A stretch of DNA of 29,383 nucleotides, taken from IMG/VR virus record IMGVR_UViG_3300012953_000152, positions 1 through 29,383 of that record. One strand, written 5' to 3'. The stretch is from a virus (Duplodnaviria; Caudoviricetes). The translations under genes were made by a program, and so were the position numbers. Positions 16,411-28,200 of the stretch are shown here, piece after piece. How positions within the stretch are numbered: position 1 is the first letter of the stretch; each line of letters opens with the position of its first letter. Under the pieces are notes generated by a model. That model was given only the letters and a program-made list of their open reading frames with translations. It was not told the origin of the DNA and searched no databases.

Positions 16411-19154
16411 TAGATTTTGTAGGATTTGGTTCAGGTTGGAATAAACAACAGGAAAAGGGTGAGCGAAGACGGACTGAATTAGCCAAGGCATTTCAGGAGT
16501 TTCAACGACTAAACCCAATGGCAACAGCAGGAGAGTTCCAAGGCTTTATTAACAGCATGGCTCAAGGTCAGAACTTTTTGCGTGGTGCTATGCCGTCTGG
16601 CGACACTCTTAACGCTGTTATAAAAAGCGCAGATGACAGACGAGCCCGTGCTGAAAAAGAACAAATGCAAAAAGATTTAAATTTCTCCATGAAATTTAAC
16701 GATGATTTTTCTAACCTTGCTTTAGGCATAATGCTAAATACCAAAGGCACTGGTGAAGACGGCACATATTCTCCGTCTGACCTAGTGGCTATGAGCGATA
16801 AAGTGACAGATCGTTTCCCAGGGGTAGATTTTAAACAACTAAATATCAATCCACTAAACTTGTTTAATCCCAGAAAAAAAACAGAATATATACAGGATCA
16901 ATTAGTTAAACTAACCCCACAGATCACATCAATGATACAGAGTACGGCTGGCGAGATTGATATGGATTTAATTAAAAAAACATTCTCACAACTGCCAACA
17001 GAACTTTGGGAGCCTATCCGAGATAGAGCAATAAAGCTAGAGAACGAGCGTGTTGAGACATATCAAACTAACCAACGTGAAAAAATTGTTACTGAAGTTC
17101 AAAATGCGCTTGAGAATGGAAGAACAGATATCTATGATTTTGTAACGACACGACCAGATTTCAAAAATAATCTAAAGTTACTTCCTGAAAAAGGCTCTTC
17201 CTATTGGAAAGAAGTAGAGGAATTAGCAAGAGTAAACCTTGAAGATAAGAGACAAGCAATAGCGTCTCAAAGGTTCTCACAATGGCTTTCTGTTGCACAA
17301 GGACTAGAAGACAGAACAGCTAAAAATATCTATGCCACCATAGCTGAAGGAATAAAAAGTGCTGGTGGTAATGCAAATTTGATACCTCCCGAAGGCAGTC
17401 AAATCTGGACAGACATTCAAAAGGCTTCCGATCAGCAATACAGTAAAAATCAAGTTAAGTGGCACACTGATATGGAAGCTAGGATTATGGCAGATATTCA
17501 AGAATTAGCGGAGGGCGGGGCTGAAGATATACACGCCATTCTAAAAGAAAGATATAAGCGAATATACAATCAAGAGCTACTGCCAATGACCCATCCTTTG
17601 ATGGTAGAATATCAAAAGCAGGCAGACGAAAATCGTCTTGTTAAAACTAACAAAATAGAAACCGATGCCTCAGTAGCATTGTCTGGCGCAGTACAAGAAA
17701 TGATGAAAGACATAGACGTAAGAAACGCCATGTTTACTGGCGATTATCAAAATCAAATGAAAGCCATAAGAGATTACATTGAGACGAAAGTTCCTGAAGG
17801 AGTGCGGTCTATAGTCTTCCCAGACGGAGTAATACAGGAAGAGTGGTTAGACGATCAAGTTAAGTTAATGTTAAGTAGTCTCAGCACGATACAAAACAAA
17901 GAGATCACAGACGAAAATAAAGCAATATGGGGAGCCGCAGACGCCGCCGCAGACAAGTGGGGAGGTGACAACATCAAGAAAGCTACAGGATGGTTTGGTG
18001 ATCCATACGGAAATAAAATAGATGAACAAACCACTGGCAAGACTGGAAGATTTGGTCAACAGGCGGCAAAATTATTAGCAGAGAGTTATGCCATGACTGA
18101 GGGCGCAATGCTCGTGATCCAATCCGTACTCACAGACCCAGCTCTACCTGAAGAACTCGCGAAAAACCAGTATGAACTAAAAAAATATATAGAGAATTTA
18201 CCCGCTTTTAAAGCAACAACAATGTCATTAAGCAAAGCAAAAGAAAATATATCTAATGACCATATTGAGATACATGGTAGATGGGAGAGCCAGACAGTCC
18301 AAGAGTTTATGGACACACAGCTATTAGATATTACATCTGACACAAACAGTTTAAATCTTAGACTTGAAGAAGGATTAAACCAACTTGCAGACAATCCAGA
18401 TAACCAGATTGCTTTCCTAAATGACTTTCTGGGTGTCGTAAATAAGATGAAACAAAACTACATAGAGAAATTCCAAGAGGCTAGGAGACGATCTAAGAAT
18501 ATGACTGGTTGGAGAACCCCTGGATCTCCTGCATGGAATGACAGTGAATGGTTTGGTGAAGGAGGAACTACTGTACAATCCCAACTAAATAAACAGATGA
18601 ACGAGTTATCAGATTTGGCTCAAACAAAGCTCACGGAAGCCTTGAAGAAAAAAGAAGAACAAGCCCGATTAAGAAACGACCAAAATAATGTTCCATCCAA
18701 CTCAAATGCTCGCACTCCAGACGCACAGGGAAGCATGATGGGCAGTTGGTGGAGCGATGTGACCGACGCGGGAACTGTATTCAAGAAGATTAATGATGTG
18801 TCAGGAACACTATCTGGAAGAAGCACTGGAGGTTTAGGCCCACTAATTGAGAGAGGTGTAGATTGGTTTAGTGAAAGCCAACAAGATTTTGCAAAAAGAG
18901 CTAAAGTTCGTGAATGGCTAAATCCACAAAGATCAAGATTGACAGAATGGATAGTTGGATTAATGCAAGGCAACTACAAAAAGAACCCAGACAATTCTAT
19001 CACTGAGGAGCAAGCCAAAGAGTTTATTGACACATTTTTCCTAGACATTGGTGAGAATGGGTTATCCGCAGAACAGCTAGGAATTAAGTATAAAGACGTG
19101 ATCCAAACATTAGGCAATATGGACAATCCACAAATAATTGCACCCAATCAATAG
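16407..19154 (+). CDS. Probable ejection / internal virion protein (915 aa)
   Basis: ATG at 16407 overlaps the upstream TGA (ATGA) and follows AAGGAGG at 16388-94; the GTG at 16395 abuts the SD and is unlikely. Helical, no catalytic motif recognised. Confidence 0.65.
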   Translation: MIDFVGFGSGWNKQQEKGERRRTELAKAFQEFQRLNPMATAGEFQGFINSMAQGQNFLRGAMPSGDTLNAVIKSADDRRARAEKEQMQKDLNFSMKFNDDFSNLALGIMLNTKGTGEDGTYSPSDLVAMSDKVTDRFPGVDFKQLNINPLNLFNPRKKTEYIQDQLVKLTPQITSMIQSTAGEIDMDLIKKTFSQLPTELWEPIRDRAIKLENERVETYQTNQREKIVTEVQNALENGRTDIYDFVTTRPDFKNNLKLLPEKGSSYWKEVEELARVNLEDKRQAIASQRFSQWLSVAQGLEDRTAKNIYATIAEGIKSAGGNANLIPPEGSQIWTDIQKASDQQYSKNQVKWHTDMEARIMADIQELAEGGAEDIHAILKERYKRIYNQELLPMTHPLMVEYQKQADENRLVKTNKIETDASVALSGAVQEMMKDIDVRNAMFTGDYQNQMKAIRDYIETKVPEGVRSIVFPDGVIQEEWLDDQVKLMLSSLSTIQNKEITDENKAIWGAADAAADKWGGDNIKKATGWFGDPYGNKIDEQTTGKTGRFGQQAAKLLAESYAMTEGAMLVIQSVLTDPALPEELAKNQYELKKYIENLPAFKATTMSLSKAKENISNDHIEIHGRWESQTVQEFMDTQLLDITSDTNSLNLRLEEGLNQLADNPDNQIAFLNDFLGVVNKMKQNYIEKFQEARRRSKNMTGWRTPGSPAWNDSEWFGEGGTTVQSQLNKQMNELSDLAQTKLTEALKKKEEQARLRNDQNNVPSNSNARTPDAQGSMMGSWWSDVTDAGTVFKKINDVSGTLSGRSTGGLGPLIERGVDWFSESQQDFAKRAKVREWLNPQRSRLTEWIVGLMQGNYKKNPDNSITEEQAKEFIDTFFLDIGENGLSAEQLGIKYKDVIQTLGNMDNPQIIAPNQ

Positions 19155-19185
19155 GACGACCCCACCCCCACCTCTCTAGTAATCT
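19154..19185 (+). promoter_or_regulatory. Putative phage promoter copy 6 (GG-ACGACC-N18-TAATCT)
   Basis: Occupies the only sizeable intergenic gap between 9 kb and 29 kb, 61 nt upstream of the giant gene. Confidence 0.6.
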
Positions 19186-19214
19186 AAACGAAATAGGTAA
19201 ACTGGAGAACCTAC

Positions 19215-22200
19215 ATGGGCTTTTATAACGATAGTCTTCTTGACTTGGATAAATACAAAACTGGTAATACATCTGATTACAGTAGCGACGTCGACCCCCA
19301 AAGAATACTAAGAGACCCTGCGTTTCTTGACGATCTGAGAACATACTACAGGGATCAGGGTAAAACTTTTTATGATGATAGAAGTTTAATAGACGCTTTC
19401 TACACCGACAAGACGTGGGACGATCTCAATACAGTGGGAGCAGTCGGTTCCGCAGTAGAAGCACACACAGGAAATAAAGAACAACGCGAACGCATGAAGC
19501 GTATCGAGCAAGTCTGGAGACAGATGCCATTCTTCTGGCAAGAAGGTGGTAGAGGATCAAAAGCCTTTGGCGATATAGCCACAGGAATACTGGCTGATCC
19601 AGTCAACTTAATTCCAGGTGTTGCGGCGTACAAAGGCGCGGCGTCGGCGACAAGAGGAGCGTATCTTGCTGGCAAGTCTTCACCTATGATGAGAGGCGTC
19701 TTGTCTGGTACAGCAAAAGCGGCGGGAACAGAAGCGGCAATCGGAGCAGGACAGGAAGCCGTAGTAAATACAGCGCACCAAGTCCGTGACATACAACTCG
19801 GTCTGCAAGACGAATTTAGTCTAGGCAAACTAGGTGTTGCGTCTGGAACAGGCGCGGCCTTTGGAGTAGGTGTTGGTGGTGCAATCGGTGTTCCGTCTGC
19901 AATAGCAGGAGCGCGATCTGGAATGGTTCCCGTTCAAGCTCTTGAAAAACTGGGTTTAAGTCGTGAACAAATAAGTGCTTTGACCCCAGAACAACTCGAT
20001 GATTTTTATAAAAACTTACAGCAAAGTGGTGCGACTGGCTTATTGCCTACACCAAGAGGAGAGGATACAACTGAAACACCCGTTCCACCTGAACAAACAC
20101 AAACAGTTTTTAACACAGGAGAGTTCGGCGACTACGCTCAAGACCTAGACACCCTAGAAAAAACATTCCAAGACGTAACAAAAAAAGCTCGTGACCAACT
20201 TGACAGAGAGGTTCTTGATGGCGCAGACAATGAGACGCTAGATGCAAGTACCGAATGGGTAGCGCAACTCGCCTCTATGCGTCAGGCAGTACAAAGAGCG
20301 AAACGTGAAGCTAAACAAATAAATGAGCTAGAACAGTCACTTGATTTAGGTGACGAAAAGATAGCGGCTCAAATGCGGGTTCGTTTCGAGGCTTATATGC
20401 GAGACGTCAGACGGGTTCTTAACGGAGCAGAAGGTCTTTCTTCTGAACAACTTATAGCTCGAATGGAGGAAGATGGGTTTGGCTTAAAGCGTAAGCCTGA
20501 GACAGAAACAACCACAGAGACAGAATTAGCCGAAGCACCAGAAGCACCTGTGTCAGAGGAAGTTCCCGTCGAAGAAGGAACTGCACCACCTAGAACTGGC
20601 GAACAAAGGGTAGAAGAACCGACAACAGAAGAGCCTAAAGCTGAAGAACCGAAAGCTGATAAACCAAAGCCTAAAGCGAAGACAGACGAAGAGATTGTTG
20701 CTGAAGCCGAAGGCGAGGAAAATTTACCAGATGAAGCCGTTGCCGCAGAAATTGAAGAATTAAGAAGCACCGACCCAGAAGGTTACAAAGATTTTGTAAA
20801 AAACAATGAAATACGTGTCTACATGCCCACACAACCAGATGGGAATTGGAAAAAAGAACACATAAAAGCGATTGAAGATGCTGTAGCAGAAGCCAAAACT
20901 CCAGACGCTATTGATAAGATAAGTGTAATGGTTACGGGTATAGCCGAAAACTTGGCAACAAATCCCAAGTTTAAAATGCCCAGAGTTAAACGACTAAAAG
21001 TTATGCTTGGTACAGATAAGAAGCAACCGATGGTTTCTGCCAATGAGCCAGCGATATCAGTTGAATTAAAAGGTAAAGCCTTATCCGAAGGTTTTGATTG
21101 GCGCAAACTAGCCCCTAGCAAAAATTCAAAAGAGGGAAGAATAACCAGAGGTTCTTTGGTTGAGGCTAGAAAAGCTAGACCGAAAGGAACAGATAGAGAT
21201 GCGTATGCTGTTCAAGTTGAAGATGACATAGAGAACATAGTAAAAGACATGAACCTTGGTGATGATCCATTTGGATCTTTGCCACGAACTAAAGAAAATG
21301 CTGACACAATCTTAGAACTGGTAGGTAATTTTTCCAGAGCCGAAAAGTACGGGTCAGGCGAGAGAACCGAGGACATACTGGCTCTTTTAAATTACGAGCT
21401 AAGACGAGCAGGATTTTATGAAGACGTGCAACAGATGGCAGATAACATCTGGACAACGACTGAGATGAAGCTAATACGAACTCACACTAAGCAGATCAAA
21501 GGAGAGTTACCCGACCTTAGTGATGAAGCGGCAAGACTTGTAGCAGAAGCCAGAGTTATGAAAGAGAGAGGCGCACAGCCTCGCTCAGACGTCAGAAGCA
21601 CTCAAGCTGGTATTGACAAGAAAGGTATCTATACAACGGCTGGACGGGAAGAAACAGGTCGTATACAAAGCCTTTTACGTCGAGGCACACCTATTGCCAG
21701 AGGGTCAGACTACACAACAACGTCAGGGTACGGAGCGAGAGCCAATGAATTAGGTCGAGAGGCCGCCGCTCTCAAGGCTTTAGAAAGAAGACAAGAGCCT
21801 CTTCAAGGAGGAAAGCTCAAGAAAGCACAAGCTCAGTACAAGCAGATGATTAAGAACGGAATGGATGAGCCAAGTGCAAAACGTATATCTGGCTTGGCAA
21901 GAGGAACGGAACAAGTTTCTGACCTCGTTCCCTACACTACAACAGGGAGAGAAAAAGTATTCGGTAATGGCGGGTTAGTTGAAGTGCCAAAAGGAGGTAC
22001 TGCTTGGTACGATGGCGTTACGAAGAAAGCATATATCAGCCGAGAACTAGCTATGAGAGCAAGAGGTGAAAAGCCTGTAGTTACAAAGCCAGACGGGGGA
22101 CAAGTAGAAGCCGACGAAACAGTCCAAGGGAAGATACAATCCCTTCTTAGGCGAATAAAAGAAGACAAAGATTACAATGGCCCTGAAAAATTAATATCTG

Positions 22201-25200
22201 ATTTAAGAAGAGAATTACAGCAAAGGAAGGGCGATACACCCGAAGCTAAACAGAACTTACCTGAAAGCTCTAACGCAAAAGCGAGCCCTCCCCCTCAGAG
22301 TGGGAACAAGAAACTTATAGTGCGAAGCAAAGATAATCCAGACGACATAAGGATTATGAGCGCAAAGCAAGTCGAAGACGGCAAAGACATATACGCAATA
22401 ATCGGGCAGAAAGGTGGTCGTTCGTCTGACCCTGCTAACTGGGATGTACGTTACGCCCCAATGGACGCCTACCCAAGATCATTAAAAGCAAAGACAGAAC
22501 TCTTTGAAAGCCTAGCTCCAGAAGAAGGATTAATGGAAGGACAGCCTAGCGCAGGCGGTCTGTTTGAAGCAGGAAACGCTACTGGATTAGGTCAGCCTTT
22601 AAGCGTTGAAGAAGCCAATGCTTTGAATGTAAACCTAAATCAAGCTGAAAGAGTTGTAATATTTCAGTTGTTAAAAAAGAATGGTTTTCCAGGGACAGTA
22701 AGTCAAACACCAAAAGAGATTTCTTTCTTGGAACTTCGAGAATTTATATCTCAGGTCGAAACAGAAAGATGGCCTCTTTCCGTTTTAGAGCAAAGCAAAC
22801 AAGTTAACTATCTTAAAATTCTATATGAAGCTCAGAGACGTACCGCTCCTCAAGGGTATGTAATGCAAAATATGGATCGTAAAACGGCTGTCGACAATAT
22901 CGAAAAAGTATTTAATAAGTTTACGTCTGAAGAAATTACGTCTGCCAAAAGGCTTATTAGTCAATTAGGCGGCGATCCAACTACGGCTCCGATCCTCAAA
23001 GGTAAATTGGATAACATGGCAGACGTAGACCGAGGAACACAAGGGCAATATAACAAAGGCACAAACGAAATTTCAGTAGAGCAAATGGCTCCACATAAAA
23101 TTCAGCCGAGAGCCATAGTATTAATGCACGAAGTTGGACATTGGGCTTATGAAAATATCTTAACCCCTCAAGATCGTATAGATTTTTGGGAAAGTCTGGA
23201 CAAATTTTATGACCAAGGTGGCGAACTAAACAGAACACGGGTTGATGACCATTCGCCAAAATATAATGGCATGAAATTTCATGTTGAAGGTTTTGGGGAA
23301 GCAGAAATGGAGGGAGGCACTAACGCTACAATCTCTCCTCAAGAATTTTTTGCAAATCAATTCTCAATGTGGGTGGCGCAGAGACACGACCAAGTAATTT
23401 TAAAAGATGCTAGTTTTTGGAAAAGAGTGACTGCTTTTGCGAAAGCTATATTCGATAGATTTTACGATAAGAATAGAATTGATCCTAACATGGAACCTTT
23501 CTTTGCAAAGATACTTCCAGAACATGAGAGAAAGGAGTTTGCTTTTGGCGTGGACGCAGTGCCAACAAAGAAAGAAGGTAAGGTCATACACTCGCGCTTT
23601 AAGATGCTCGAACTTATTGAGGAAGATATCGCCACGGCAATAGAGACAGACAGTACAGACGGGATCATCAATGGCTTCCAAGACCTACAGCGTTGGATAC
23701 TCGGCGTAGCCGTAAACAATAAAGAAATACAACTTAGCCGACACATTAAGATGGGTGGAACAGGGCCACTACTTGCGCTTAGACGTACAAACGGAGATCC
23801 TGAGAAAATACTTACAGTTCTTAACGACAAGTTTAGAGCAATGGACGAGATCATGCGTGGCAACGCAATGGGTGACTTTGTTTCTATTGACGACAGACCG
23901 ATGGCAAGAAAATTCCTTGAGGGCGGAGAGTTCGAAGGTCTTACTCACATGAAGAAAAACCCAGTAGAGGTAGCTGATACGCTTAAAGATTTCTACTACA
24001 ATGGCTATCTTGGGAAGTGGACACCATCCGAAGGTATACCTGCCAAGATCATACGGAAAGACAGATCATCAACTAAAGCCGCGCTTGAAATGGCAAGAGA
24101 AGCATTGAGTGCTGGCTATAACAGAGTAGAAGGGCATCAACTTCTTCCACCAGACAGCATTCCGAGATCAGTTAAACGTGAAGAACCTCCCGTCGCAGAA
24201 GACGGCACAGTAAAGTTTTCTAATAAAAAGAGAGAGGCTGTTAATAGAGCAAAGAGAGAAGAAGCGTCAACTACTAGAGAAGCGGTAAAGAACGCTAAGA
24301 CATCTAAAGTCAAGCGATCAAAAAAATCGGAGCAAGATGCACCCGACGTTGATCCAACTACGGCTCAAGAAGTTAAGTCTATTCCTATTAAAAAGCTCGT
24401 GCGTTTGTATAGGCAACATAAAGGTACAGATTATGGAAATCAGATAGGCGCAGAGATAGTGGCAAAGATTAAAGCTAAACCTTCTGCTAACGAAGAAGTG
24501 CCAATTACCAGAGAAATTCATCAGATGTCTGGTAAAGAGTTAGACGCAAAACTGACTGAAGCCTTTTATGAAGGGGATCGAAAAACAGTTAATATGGTGG
24601 CTTGGGAAATGACGAGACGTAAGAAGTCTTCAAAAGAAATGAAGATACCAGCCACATTTCAAACTATGATTGATGTTCTTGTATCAAGGGAAAAGGTAGA
24701 CAGCCAGGGTATTGCAAGAGATGACGGCATACCTTCTTCTGCAAGAGCGTCTGTCAAAGACATGCTTAGTCAGATTACGCACAGAGATGCAGAGGTTCAA
24801 ACGTCTGCACGAAACATAGCATACAGGATGATAAACCTGATTGAAAAAACACAGACAGGCGACAAAATATCAACATTAGATATGGCACGTCTGGGCAACG
24901 GAGACACAAGAATGGCGGGTGATGGTGTATTCGCTAACTACAAATCTCCTGACTTCAACAACTTTAGAAAAGAAGCCAGACGTATTGCGGCAGTCATCAA
25001 CCGAGGTAAAGGTAAATCGGATCAGGCAATGTTCAATTTGATGAGCATGATAACACGATCTGGTCTTCTTGATACAAATGAAAAGGACGCTATCCTTCAG
25101 GCATTCAAAGCTAAACATGGTAAAGATGCTCCTCAAGACGTAGCTGACGAATGGTTTGCAGAAGCAGTCAGTGCCTACACTCGTGAAGACCTAAGACGAA

Positions 25201-28200
25201 ACGCTATATTAGCCGACGACACAGACATCGCCGTAAGACAGACATTTGATAACACTGTGGATAAAGTAATTGAACACTCTGCTTACGTTCTTCACGGACA
25301 GATTGGTAGCAATAAGATTAAACAGAGATACAGACGCCTTACGTTTTATGGCGATATGTTTCAAGGGAAAAAGAACAGCCCAACAGAAGCGGCGTATGGC
25401 GGTCAAATTATTTTTAACACCCATTCTGCGGCAGACGCAGGCGCAGATATGTGGAATGCGTCGTCTCCTTCACGTAAAGCAAACATACACAACTATACAA
25501 AAGGCGGTTTCGGTTATGACCAAGCGGCACAGCGACCTATCATGTTCTATCATGGCACACCTTACGGGTGGGCTTTCAAACGTAATCTTGAGTCAGAAAA
25601 CGTCGTCTTCAGACATTCTAAGATAGGAAACAATGGCCCTGGAATTTATCTTACTGAGAACCCAAATGTTGCAGGGGAAGTTTATGCCGATAGACCAACA
25701 ACAGCGTCGATGTCACAGAAGATAGCAGACCTTGATGTAAATGACGCAAAGAAAGAAGAACTCCTCATTGAGTATAACGATTTATCTCGACTAAGAGCAA
25801 ACATATCACAGAAGAGAAGACAGTACGCCGAGCTAGAATATGGCATGGCTGTTGATGGCGATATGTTTGACTTTGAGGCATACCAAAGCGAATTGGATAA
25901 ACTCGTAACTGCTGAAGAATATATAGCAGAAGGACTAGCTAAAGAAGGCGTCTATATTGATCCTTATGTTATGCCAATGGTTATTGATTTGAAATCGCCT
26001 GCCGACTTTAGACTACAGGCTGATTACAACATTGACCATCCAATGATTAAGGCAATCATGGGAGAAATACTTACAAGCACAGATAACGCAGATCGCGCCC
26101 TTGCTTATCTACAAGATACATTTGGACGTATGGATAAGTCAGGTAAAGATACCTACAATGATTTGGTAAAGTCTCTTGAAGAGACAGGCTTACAACATAG
26201 ATCAGCGCAAAATGCCTTAACAAAAATATTAGAAAGACTTGGCTATGACGGAATAACATCAACACATACCAACACACTTTCCTATGGCGGAGCGCAGATG
26301 GACAGTGGATTGCCCTATGGTGCGTCTGCATTCACTCACACCGCCGTTGTTCTATTTAAACCAGAGCAAGCAAAACACATTGGTGCAAAATACTTTGATA
26401 GAAATGATGAGCAACTATACAGCCAAGTAGATAACTGGGAACCAATAGAAAAAGGATTGACGGGTGACTTTACTAGAATGCTAATGAACGATGAGTTCAA
26501 AAGTATAGGTGATGTTCCTGTTGGACAGTTTGGGGAGCTAGTAGAAGAAGGTGGCTCGAACAGCACCATATCAAGTGCCGTTATGTCTATGCTTCGCAAG
26601 CGAGAGCCAAGCGTTGCAGAAGAACAAGCCATACGAAAGCATGGCGTCTTTGGGTTTCTAAACAGAGTATCCACAAAGATACGTAATCAGGGAATGAACT
26701 GGCTTGCAGACAAATACCAAGAGCATTATCCCGACATGCAACAGCGTTTCGGCAAAAAGATTATGCCTATATTTAACGCTCTCAGGTCTTTACCAGATAG
26801 CGACGGCATACTTCGGGGCTACTTCAGACGATCTACTGCTGGCTTTGGACAAGAACAACCCAAGTCTCACGGCAGAATTGCTCGTGCATTGCGAAGAGGA
26901 GATGGGTCTCGTAGCGAACGACAGTTAACAACAGAAGAAAGAGCTATATACAGAGATATAAGATTAATCCTTGGCTCTGAAAGAGAAGAAATGATTGCTG
27001 AAGGCTTCCACGTTGGTGACAGAGGGCCAAACTATCTACCGCAAGTATGGGATCAAGGCAAAATACGTAAGAACAAGGACGAGTTTATCGCCAAGATGAA
27101 GCGATATTATGAAGTCGAGAACCTCTCGAATAATAGGGAGTACAGTGATGCAGAAGCGCAAGCCTTTGCTGAAGGTATAATGCTCAAGCTCCTAGACGAA
27201 AGCGAAGGTGGTGTCTTTATTCCAGTTAAAGGGTCAACAAAGAACTCAACCTTTGAAAACGTCGACTACTCAAGGGTTATTGAGCTAGAAAAATACCCAG
27301 ATATGCTTAACGAACTAGAGCCTTTCTTAGAAAGCAACCTGGAAAGTCTGCTGGTTAAATATCTTGAAGGTAGTTCAAGACGTCTTACGTCTGCCAAACG
27401 CTTCGGTGTCAACAGTCACGCTGTCTCTGACTACATGATGGTGGCTAAAGAAGGACGTATGGGTATTGCCCGTCTCCTATCAAAAGCGAGACAGTTTGAA
27501 TACGACATAACCGCTATGAACTCAGAGGGGGTAAGGGAAACAGCTACTCTTGTAGACACAATTCGTATGCCTTTTGAAAACAATCAGGGTGAAGCTGTCG
27601 CATTCGCAGACAAGTTACTCGAAATAGGCACAACATCTGGCCCCGCAGGAGTTAGGCAGATGCTTATGGAAATTGCGCCAATGATTAATGGGGAAATTAG
27701 TCCAGTCTACAAAAAAAGAGTTGATGCAATAGTCGGTGCAATACAAGACTTTAAGGGTAAGACAGGGCAAGTTGCATACGATACTGGCGAAGAATACGTC
27801 GATAACGCTATGCGTATTCTCCACAAGAAGCCTATGCACGGCACAAACAAAACGGGCATGAGAGTATCACGAGGTCTGCGTTTCTTTAACAACGTCTCTC
27901 TACTTGGCTTTACAACCCTAACATCTATTGGTGACTTGGGTCTGCCTATCATACGATCTGGTTCTTTCAAGAGTTGGGCTAAAGGATTAGCCAACATGAC
28001 TGACCCTGACTACAAGCAGATGATAAAGAATGTAGGTGTGGCTATGGAGAACGTCGTACACGAACGCATGGTTCACATGTATGGTGCGCCCGACAACAAA
28101 GCGTCTCACGCTTTCTTTAACGCGACGTTGCTTACGCCTTGGACAGACATGAACAGGCAGATCGCAGGAGCTACAGGTTTTGAAACACTCAAGACGATGC

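Noticed and set aside
19160-19177. C-rich tract as a minus-strand G-quadruplex
   Set aside because: Only two long G-runs plus one GG; the tract is simply the spacer of the putative promoter.
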